A stretch of DNA of 64,000 bases from Gammaproteobacteria bacterium. GTDB taxonomy: Bacteria; Pseudomonadota; Gammaproteobacteria; JABABF01. Location: the NCBI GenBank assembly GCA_965237805.1, contig OZ250153.1:128001-192000 (forward strand), given 5' to 3'. Under the pieces are notes generated by a model. That model was not told the DNA's origin. It made no database searches and saw nothing but the letters and a program-made list of their open reading frames with translations. Made by a program: the position numbers and the translations under genes. How positions within the stretch are numbered: the first letter of the stretch is position 1; every line of letters begins with the position of its first letter. Positions 49,281-57,201 of the stretch are shown one piece after another.

Positions 49281-50800
49281 GTAGCTCTGACTGGCAGCCC
49301 ACCCTAGCAGAGTACCGTCGCCGTCTCGCAGCCGGACGTGCTATGGGCGGCTCCGAGCGGGTGGCCAAGCGCCACCAGCGCGGGCAGGCCAACGCCCGTG
49401 AACTAATCGAGCTGTTATGCGATCTCGGCAGCTTCAAAGAGCTGGGTACACTGGCTGGTGGCTATAGCTATGACGGTGGCCTGACGGCTCCGGCCGACGC
49501 CCTGATCGGTGGTACCGCCACCATCGATAGCCGTCCTATCGTGCTTGGTGCCGAGGATTTCACCGTCATGGGTGGCTCCATCGGTGCCGCTACCAATGCC
49601 AAGAAAGTGCGTTTGGCCACGCTGGCCGCGCAGGAGGGGGTGCCCTATCTGATGTTCCTCGACGGTGCCGGTGAGCGCCTCGGTGGCAAGCCCGAGCGGC
49701 GCGCCTATTCACCCAATGACATGCAGTTGGTGGCACAGCTGTCGGGATTGGTGCCGACCATCGCCGTCATCATCGGTTCCTCGGCGGGGCACGGTGCCAT
49801 CACCGGATTGTTGATGGACTTTGTCATCATGTTGCGCGGTAGCGTTTTGTTTTCGGCCGGGCCGCCGCTGGTGCGTGCTGCCATCGGCGAAGAGGTCAGC
49901 AAGGAGGAGCTGGGTGGTGCCGAGATGCATACGGCGCAGAGCGGTGTCGCACACAATTTGGTCGAGGATGCCGCCGAGGCCTGTCTGCTGGTGCGGCGCT
50001 GGCTGTCCTTTCTGCCGAGCAGCGCACGAGAGCGGCCGCCAGCGGCGCGTAGCGGCGGCGCACAACGCGCTCCCAGAACGCTGAACAAGATTCTCGATCT
50101 GATTCCTAATTCCAATGAAATGTCCTATGATGTCACCAGTGTGATCAAAGAGTTGATCGATTCACCGGAGGAATGGCTTGAGTTTCAGCCGGCCTTTGGC
50201 AAGGCCATCATTTGCGGCTTGGCACGGCTCGGTGCTCACAGCGTGGCTCTGGTTGCCAATCAGCCGCTGGTGCAGGCCGGGGCGATCACTAAAGATGCTG
50301 CCGACAAGGCGACCCATTTCCTCAAGCTCTGCGATGCCTACCACCTGCCGGTGATCTTCTTGGCCGACAATCCCGGGGTGATGTCTGGCAGCCAAGCCGA
50401 GCGCGCCGGCACACTGCGGGCGGCGGCCGCGATGTATGCAGCGCAGTGCCGTTATCGGGGTGTCAAATTACATGTCACGCTGCGCAAGGCCTTCGGTTTT
50501 GGCAGCTCGCTGATGGGCATGAACCCCTTTGATGGGCAGACTGTCTCCTATGCACTGCCCGGCATCTCGCTGGGGGCCATGCCAGCCAGCGGTGGTAGCG
50601 ACGCCGCCAATTTGGATGCCGAGGCGCGTCGGGCAGCGGTGGAGGTGCAAAACCAGAGCACTTGGACTGCGGGCGACAATATGGCCTTTGATGAGATCAT
50701 CGAGCCGACTGAACTGCGCAATGCGCTGTTGCGCGGTTTGCTGCTGAGCGCACGGCGGCGCGCACTGGCACCAGAGCCCGGCCCCGGCGTGCTGCCCTGA
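49277..50800 (+). CDS. Acyl-CoA carboxylase carboxyltransferase (beta) subunit
   Basis: MGG.ERV...H..G...ARE, DFTVMGGSIG, LDGAGER, EELGGAEMH...SGV, ANQP, DNPG. Confidence 0.9.
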   Translation: MSSSDWQPTLAEYRRRLAAGRAMGGSERVAKRHQRGQANARELIELLCDLGSFKELGTLAGGYSYDGGLTAPADALIGGTATIDSRPIVLGAEDFTVMGGSIGAATNAKKVRLATLAAQEGVPYLMFLDGAGERLGGKPERRAYSPNDMQLVAQLSGLVPTIAVIIGSSAGHGAITGLLMDFVIMLRGSVLFSAGPPLVRAAIGEEVSKEELGGAEMHTAQSGVAHNLVEDAAEACLLVRRWLSFLPSSARERPPAARSGGAQRAPRTLNKILDLIPNSNEMSYDVTSVIKELIDSPEEWLEFQPAFGKAIICGLARLGAHSVALVANQPLVQAGAITKDAADKATHFLKLCDAYHLPVIFLADNPGVMSGSQAERAGTLRAAAAMYAAQCRYRGVKLHVTLRKAFGFGSSLMGMNPFDGQTVSYALPGISLGAMPASGGSDAANLDAEARRAAVEVQNQSTWTAGDNMAFDEIIEPTELRNALLRGLLLSARRRALAPEPGPGVLP

Positions 50801-50816
50801 ACGGCGGCGCAGCGCG

Positions 50817-51377
50817 ATGGTGACATCACAACCCGCTGCAGAGGCGGCTCCCATCGCTGTGCTCTTTGTCTGTTTGGGCAACATCTGCCGTTCGCCCAGC
50901 GCCGAGGCGATTTTCCGCCAGCGAGCCGAGCGGCGCGGCTGGGCGCGGTATTTCCACATCGCCTCCTGTGGCACGGCCGCTTTCAATCAAGGCCACGCTG
51001 CCGACCCGCGGGCGCGTGCCGCCTGTGAGCGCCGCGGCTATGATCTGAGCGGTCACTGTGCGCGGCAGATCCTCGATGAAGATTTCGAGCGCTTCGATTA
51101 TTTGCTCGCGATGGATCAGCAGAACCTGAGCTCGCTACAGGCGTGGCAAACTGCTACTTTCAGCGGCACCATCGCCCTGCTGCGCCAGTACGAGCAGAGC
51201 CGAGGCAGCGGTAGCCAGATCGGTGACCCCTACTACCAACAGGGTGAAGTATTCGACAGCATGGTCAGCTTGTTGGAGCGCTGCTGCGATGGCCTGCTCG
51301 ATCATTTGCAGCCACAGCTCGCAGCTGGCGATGCAGTCGATGTCCCTGCGGCGGGCAGCGGGCAGCCGCGGCGATGA
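50817..51377 (+). CDS. Low-molecular-weight protein-tyrosine phosphatase
   Basis: VLFVCLGNICRSPSAE P-loop, DYLLAMD, DPYY. Confidence 0.95.
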   Translation: MVTSQPAAEAAPIAVLFVCLGNICRSPSAEAIFRQRAERRGWARYFHIASCGTAAFNQGHAADPRARAACERRGYDLSGHCARQILDEDFERFDYLLAMDQQNLSSLQAWQTATFSGTIALLRQYEQSRGSGSQIGDPYYQQGEVFDSMVSLLERCCDGLLDHLQPQLAAGDAVDVPAAGSGQPRR

Positions 51378-52225
51378 AATTTGTGCTGTCCACCTTCATG
51401 ACCCCGGTGGCCGAGTTGCCGGCCTTGGCACCAGTGGCCGAAGAGAGCGGCTGGGAGGCCGTGGCTTTCTCCGACCACATCGTGCATCCGGAGCGGATCG
51501 ACATGCCCTACCCTTACACCGAGGATGGCTCGCGCCGCTGGGAAGCTTTCACCGACTGGCCCGATCCGCTGGTGATGATCGGAGCCTTGGCGACCGTGAC
51601 CGAGCGCCTGCGTTTCACCAACAACGCCTTTGTGTTGCCGATACGCAATCCCTTTCTCGTTGCCAAGGCGGTGTCCACCTTGGCGGTGCTGTCGGACAAT
51701 CGGCTGACGCTGACCATCGGCGTCGGCTGGAGCAAGGATGAGTTCGGTCTGATGGGGCAGGATTTCCACAACCGCGGGCGGCGCGCCGACGAGATGGTTG
51801 AGGTGATGCGCAAACTGTGGAGCGGCGAGATGGTCTCGCATGAAGGGAGCTATTACCGCTTCGGCCCGCTGGAGATGAACCCAGCACCCAGTGCGCCGAT
51901 ACCGATCTGGGTCGGCGGTATCTCCGAGGCCGCTCTGAGCCGTGCGGCGCGCATCGGCGATGGCTGGCTCAGCGACTGGCAGAGCAGTGAGGAAATCCTC
52001 AGCAGCGTCGCCAGCGTGCGCCGCCAGCGGCTAGCACTGGGACGCAGCGAGCATTTTGATGTGATGGCCACGCCCAGCGATGCCTTCGATGTGGCTGGCT
52101 ACCAGTGGCTCGAGGCCGGTGGCGTGACCCATATCCTCTTCCAGCCCTACGCCCACGACGCGCCGTTGGCCGAAAAGCAGGATGTCTTGCGCAGCTTCGG
52201 GCAGCAGGTGATCGGAGCGTTTTAG
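51374..52225 (+). CDS. LLM-class oxidoreductase, probably F420-dependent
   Basis: AEESGW....SDHIVHP, YPY..DG, DPLV...ALA.VTERL, GVGWSKDEF, PIWVGG.SEAAL.RAARIGDGW. Confidence 0.85.
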   Translation: MKFVLSTFMTPVAELPALAPVAEESGWEAVAFSDHIVHPERIDMPYPYTEDGSRRWEAFTDWPDPLVMIGALATVTERLRFTNNAFVLPIRNPFLVAKAVSTLAVLSDNRLTLTIGVGWSKDEFGLMGQDFHNRGRRADEMVEVMRKLWSGEMVSHEGSYYRFGPLEMNPAPSAPIPIWVGGISEAALSRAARIGDGWLSDWQSSEEILSSVASVRRQRLALGRSEHFDVMATPSDAFDVAGYQWLEAGGVTHILFQPYAHDAPLAEKQDVLRSFGQQVIGAF

Positions 52226-52519
52226 GCGCAGCTCCAGTGACCCAGACCCGGTGATAGTTCCCAGCGACCACCAAACACGATAGGGATTCAAGGATTCTAT
52301 ACGGGTGAATCTTAGCGATTTCCAGCTGCTCGGTGTTTTTCAGTCTTTGCCACTCTGCAGGAAGTCATCGCTCGGGCGCAGTGCCTTAGCTGTTGTGCCC
52401 TATAGTCGCCTTGGGTGGGCGTGTAAGAGCCGATGCAGATGAGCAGTCAAGGCGACAGTGCCGCTCTGTAGTGCCATCTGCAGGGGCAGGACAGACACTG
52501 TGAATCGCCCATTCTCCGA

Positions 52520-53542
52520 CTAGCCGCTCTTGCTGCGCACGGCAGCGCCCAGCTCGCAGAGCACATCCAGCCCACCGCTCAGCATACTCAGGCAGAGCCG
52601 GTCGGCCATCGGGCCACGGGTGGCGATCAGCTGCTCTGCCGCCTCCTCCGGGTCGCCGCTGACCACGACGGCATCAAGCAGCTCATCGTCGATCAGGGCA
52701 CCCATGCGCGCCCAGTCACCGCTGCGCGTCAGCTCCCGCAGCTGGGGTTGCAAATCGCCCCGGCCCATGCAGTCCAGCACCGGTTTGTAGGCCGGGGTCG
52801 AGCCGTAGAAAGCCAGCTGTGCACGCGCCACTTCGCGCGCTTCTCGCAGCTCCTTGGCATCGCGCCCCACCGCTGTCATCACTTGGCAGCAACGCTGCAC
52901 ACTGTCGGCACTGCGGGTGGCCCGCGCCAAGCCGCGATCCAGCGAGGCCTGTGTTAACTGTTCCAAGCTCTCGGCCGTGTGCAAGGGGTGGATCAGGAAG
53001 CCATCGGCGATCTCCGCCGCCATCGCGGTCATGGCCGGGCCGACGCCAGCCAAGAAAATCGGCGGTCGACCGTGCGGATTGGGCCCCGGATTGAACAGTG
53101 GTGGCATCAGGGTATGGGAGTAGAACTCGCCGCGGAAATCCAGCGCCCCGCCCTTTTCCCAGACATCCCAGATGGCGTGGATTGCACGCACCATTTCCCG
53201 CATCCGCGCCACCGGCTTGGACCAAGGCATGCCGAAGCGTCGCTCGATATGGGGTTTGATCTGGGTGCCCAAACCCAGTGCGAAGCGGCCATCAGATACC
53301 AGCTGCAAGTCGTTGGCCAGCTGCGCGAGCACGGTTGGTGTGCGCGCAAAACCGACGGCGATGGCCGAGTAGAGCAAGACGTGCTGGGTGTGGCGGGCGG
53401 CGATGGCCAGCGGTAAAAAAGGCTCGTGCGGACCCTCAAAACTGTAGAGGCCATCGAAGCCAGCATCCTCTAAGCGTTCGGCGACCGCGGCGGCCTCGGC
53501 CGGATTGCCGACCAGCAATGGAGCATCTATCTTCATTGTCAT
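52520..53542 (-). CDS. LLM-class oxidoreductase, probably F420-dependent
   Basis: EGPHEPFLPL, GRFALGLGTQIKPHIERRFG.PWS.P, FYSHTLMPP.F.PGP, AFYGSTPAY. Confidence 0.85.
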   Translation of the reverse strand: MTMKIDAPLLVGNPAEAAAVAERLEDAGFDGLYSFEGPHEPFLPLAIAARHTQHVLLYSAIAVGFARTPTVLAQLANDLQLVSDGRFALGLGTQIKPHIERRFGMPWSKPVARMREMVRAIHAIWDVWEKGGALDFRGEFYSHTLMPPLFNPGPNPHGRPPIFLAGVGPAMTAMAAEIADGFLIHPLHTAESLEQLTQASLDRGLARATRSADSVQRCCQVMTAVGRDAKELREAREVARAQLAFYGSTPAYKPVLDCMGRGDLQPQLRELTRSGDWARMGALIDDELLDAVVVSGDPEEAAEQLIATRGPMADRLCLSMLSGGLDVLCELGAAVRSKSG

Positions 53543-53634
53543 GGCATTTCATTAGACGACGAGTGGGGATCTTAGGCAGTGCTCTACGCACCGGCTGGCC
53601 ACTATCAATATATCAGCTGCGTTGCTGCGCTCCA

Positions 53635-56600
53635 TCAGTCGGCGACCTGCACGCCGGCTCGATCCAGCGCCAGCTCGTGCAGCTGGGCTAACAGTGGAAA
53701 ATATAATGCACAACGCAGCACTCGCCCTGGATCCAATGCACGCAGCGCCACTGCGTAGAGCCCGAGCTGGGCGCGGTAGCTGTCTTCTTCACTTTGCAAA
53801 AAGTCCGCCAAACTCTGCCCAGCACGCGGTTCGCTGCTCTTATAGTCGATGATCCAGCGCTCGCCGTCGGCGACAAAGCTGCGATCGACACGCGCCTGGC
53901 GCAGCGCCCCGCCCTCGTCGAAGTAGAGTAGCGACAACTCGCTCTCGGCCTGTTCGCGCGCCGGATCCAACAGCCAGCGTCCGCGTTCGTCGGCCAGTGC
54001 GCCGCGCACTCCGCGCCGCAGCTTGGCCAAGCCCGCGCGCAGCACCTCAGTGGCCAGCCCCGCCTCGCGCAGCTCAGCTGCCCACACCCGCTCTGCCGCT
54101 TGCAGGCGAGTCTCGTCGCCGTGCCAGCGCGCCGCCCCCTCCAGTGAGATCTGCTCCAGCGCATCGTGCATGACGGTGCCGATGCGCCGCGCCGCCCAGT
54201 TGTCACTACCGAAGCGGGTCTCTACAGTCGTCGGCGGCGCATCGCTGCGGGCACCGGAGAATAGCTGCGGCCCGGCTCGCGCCAGCGGCGGGCGCTGCCA
54301 GCTGGCGTGCAGCCGCCGCTGGCCGGGCGGGTGGCCGGGCGCACTGAGCCCGATCGTTGCGGGCATGATCGCCAGTTTTTCTGCTCCTGTTGTCGCCGGT
54401 GCTACCGGTACGAATGCCGCGCGCAGCGCTGGCAGCTGCCACAGCAAGTGCAGTGCGCTACCGCCTCTCGCGCCGCCCTGTGCCTCGTCGCGCTTGACTT
54501 TGGTGCAGGCCGATAGATGCAGGCGACGAATGGCGCGCGTCGCGGCGACATAGAGTAAGCGCTGCTCTTCCAGCTGCGAGCGAGCCCGGGCCTCGTCTGT
54601 CAGGAATCGATAGAGCCCGTCCTCGGTGCAAGCCACCGGTGGCCGCAGAGCGAAGAGCAGGGCTTCGCTGGCCTCAGCGTCGTCGAAATGGCGGCTCTCC
54701 CAGCGTATCAGTGGTGCTGAGTCGTGGCGATGCCCCCGATGCAAACCACAGAGGATCACGGTGTCAAATTCGAGGCCTTTGGCGTTGTGGATGGTCATCA
54801 GCTGCAGGCTGTCATCGCCAGCCGGTGCCGCATAGAGCTGTTGCAGGCGCTGCGCGAGCTGCGTCGCCGATGGGGTACCGTCCCATTCGCGCAGCAGTGT
54901 GAACAGTGTCTCCACATCTTCCAACTGATCCACATCCGGCAAGAAACAGGCTGGGCCGCTCAGTGCCAGCCACGCGCTGTACACCAAGTCGGTGTGGGTG
55001 ACGCGCCCGCGCCGTGCCATCGCTGGTGACAGCGCCGCCACAAAACGCGCCAAGCGCTCTCGCTCGGCAGTGGCCAGCGCCCCCCCGTCGCGCTCCACTG
55101 CGGCGAGGCAACGCTGCCAAAGCGACTGCGGTGCCCCGGTTGCCAGCCATTGCAACGCGGCATGACCGAGGCCGCACCACGGTGCGCGCAGCAGCGCCAG
55201 CCATGCCAGCCGATCCGCGGGGTCGGCCAGTGCCGCACTCAGCGAGGCCAAGTCGAGCACTGCCGGGCGCGTACTCAGCAGATCCATCGCCTCGGCGCTC
55301 CAGCTCAGCCCGGCCCGCGCCATCGCCGGCAGCAGCGCACGCAGATGGCTGCGGTTGCGCACCAGCACCGCGATGCGCCCCTTTGGGCGCTCAGCCCGTG
55401 CCTGTGCGATCCAGTGCAAAACCCGCGCCGCCTCGGCTCGTTCCGCTTCGGTCTGTGTCTTCAGTTGCTGTTCCTCGCCGTAGGGCAGCAGCTCGCAACG
55501 CACTTCGGAGCTTGCGTCGCCACCGTCGAGTATCGCTGTCGCCGAGTGGTACGGCACTACGCCGCGGGCAAGATCTTGCCGCGAGCCGAATAGCGGCCCA
55601 AAATTGTTATTGACCCAGTCGACCAGCTGGGGGCGGGAGCGGAAGTTGGCACTGAGCGTCACAGTTTGCAGTGACAGATCGTTGATGCCCCGCTCCTGCA
55701 AGCGCAGAAATAGCTGCGGGTCGGCATTGCGGAAAGCGTAGCATGACTGCATGCTGTCACCGACGGTGAACAGAGTACACGGTGCCTGCGGGTCGGCCTC
55801 GTTGTACTCTGCCCAGCCCGCCACCAATCGCTCGATCAAATGGAACTGGCTGTGCGAGATATCTTGGAACTCATCTACCAAGATGTGTTTGAGGCGACAG
55901 CCCAGCGCGATCGCCAATTCGCTGGGCGCGGTATCGGCGGCACCCAGCGCACGCGTCGCTGCCATCGCCTGGCTGCTATAGTCGATCTCGCCGCGTTCTC
56001 CAAAAACCAGCTCGAGCCGCGCCGCACTGTGCCACAGCAGTAGCTGAACTGCTGATAAAGCGCGCCATTCGGCATCGTTCAAGCCGCCTGCAGGTAGCTG
56101 AGACAGCGCCCTCAGCGGGGCACTGTCAGCGCCGTGCTGCGACAGTACCTCGAGCAAGATCATCAGCTCCTTTTTGTCTGCATCAGCTGTGCTGTCGGCT
56201 GGGAAACCGGTGCGCCTGTCGATTTTTTTACGCCAAGTGCCCGCGCTGCTTAGCAGCAGGGCGGCGACAGCTGCCCAGACAGCGGCGGCGCGCTGCTCCT
56301 CAGCCACCGTGGGCTGCTCGGTGTGGAGTAGCTGGCGGCACTCCACAGTCAGCTGCTCAGGGGTGTCCTGTCTGGCCAGCGCAATCAGCGTCACTGCCGC
56401 TGGCGATGAGTTCGCACTGTGGCGCAAGTTGCAGGCCGCCGTGGCCAGTAGCGAGGCCACTGTGTCCAGTTTGACGTCTCCCAACAGAGCGCGTGCGGCG
56501 GCGGCTTGTTCGCGCCACAGCTGGCGGCGTCCCGCCTCCAGCGCTGTGCGTGCGTGCAGCCCGTGTTCAGCTGCGTCTATTCCCACATCGAAATAAGTGA

Positions 56601-57201
56601 TCAGCGGCAGCCAGTGGTCGCGCCGTGCCAACATCTCGCTGCATAGATTAAGCACTGATTCGGTGTTGTTATCCTCGCGTGCGAGCAAGATTTCCAAGGC
56701 CGAACCCAGCTCGCCACCCCGTTCCAGCTCGCCGAGCAATCGCCGCGCCGCCTCGTGCCGGCAGCCCGCCTCGTCCTCGCTGATCGGCATCGCGCCGCCG
56801 AGTGTCGACAGCACTGGCAATTGCGATGACAGCCAAGCGCAAAAAGCATCGATGGTCTGCACCTTGAGGCGGGCGGGATCGCTCAGCAGCTGCCAGCCTC
56901 GCTCACGGTCGCGCACCAGCGCTGCATGCGCCAGCGCAAGCGTCTCATCGTGCTCCCCGGCATCGCTTGCGGCGGCGGCCCTGAGGTGCAGCAGCACTCG
57001 CTCGCGCATTTCGGCGGCGGCTTTGCGGGTAAAGGTGAATGCGAGGATCTCTTCGGGTTCCTGCACCCGCGCCAGCAGCGTCAAGTAGCGCCGTATCAGC
57101 AGTTCGGTTTTGCCGGAGCCAGCCGGAGCGACTACGCAGAGGGAGCGCTGCGGATCCAGTGCCAAGCGCCGCGCTTCGGCATCCGGCAGCGTCGTGCTCA
57201 T
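53635..57201 (-). CDS. UvrD-family helicase-nuclease, AddA-like
   Basis: APAGSGKTELL, TFTRKAAAEM, LVDEFQD, VGDSMQSCYAFR, MTIHNAKGLEFD, YVAATRA, C-terminal RVDR...IIDYKS nuclease. Confidence 0.9.
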   Translation of the reverse strand: MSTTLPDAEARRLALDPQRSLCVVAPAGSGKTELLIRRYLTLLARVQEPEEILAFTFTRKAAAEMRERVLLHLRAAAASDAGEHDETLALAHAALVRDRERGWQLLSDPARLKVQTIDAFCAWLSSQLPVLSTLGGAMPISEDEAGCRHEAARRLLGELERGGELGSALEILLAREDNNTESVLNLCSEMLARRDHWLPLITYFDVGIDAAEHGLHARTALEAGRRQLWREQAAAARALLGDVKLDTVASLLATAACNLRHSANSSPAAVTLIALARQDTPEQLTVECRQLLHTEQPTVAEEQRAAAVWAAVAALLLSSAGTWRKKIDRRTGFPADSTADADKKELMILLEVLSQHGADSAPLRALSQLPAGGLNDAEWRALSAVQLLLWHSAARLELVFGERGEIDYSSQAMAATRALGAADTAPSELAIALGCRLKHILVDEFQDISHSQFHLIERLVAGWAEYNEADPQAPCTLFTVGDSMQSCYAFRNADPQLFLRLQERGINDLSLQTVTLSANFRSRPQLVDWVNNNFGPLFGSRQDLARGVVPYHSATAILDGGDASSEVRCELLPYGEEQQLKTQTEAERAEAARVLHWIAQARAERPKGRIAVLVRNRSHLRALLPAMARAGLSWSAEAMDLLSTRPAVLDLASLSAALADPADRLAWLALLRAPWCGLGHAALQWLATGAPQSLWQRCLAAVERDGGALATAERERLARFVAALSPAMARRGRVTHTDLVYSAWLALSGPACFLPDVDQLEDVETLFTLLREWDGTPSATQLAQRLQQLYAAPAGDDSLQLMTIHNAKGLEFDTVILCGLHRGHRHDSAPLIRWESRHFDDAEASEALLFALRPPVACTEDGLYRFLTDEARARSQLEEQRLLYVAATRAIRRLHLSACTKVKRDEAQGGARGGSALHLLWQLPALRAAFVPVAPATTGAEKLAIMPATIGLSAPGHPPGQRRLHASWQRPPLARAGPQLFSGARSDAPPTTVETRFGSDNWAARRIGTVMHDALEQISLEGAARWHGDETRLQAAERVWAAELREAGLATEVLRAGLAKLRRGVRGALADERGRWLLDPAREQAESELSLLYFDEGGALRQARVDRSFVADGERWIIDYKSSEPRAGQSLADFLQSEEDSYRAQLGLYAVALRALDPGRVLRCALYFPLLAQLHELALDRAGVQVAD

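Noticed and set aside
53582-53592. CTCTACGCACC resembling the XerC arm of dif
   Set aside because: No XerD arm at the 6-bp spacing; likely chance.
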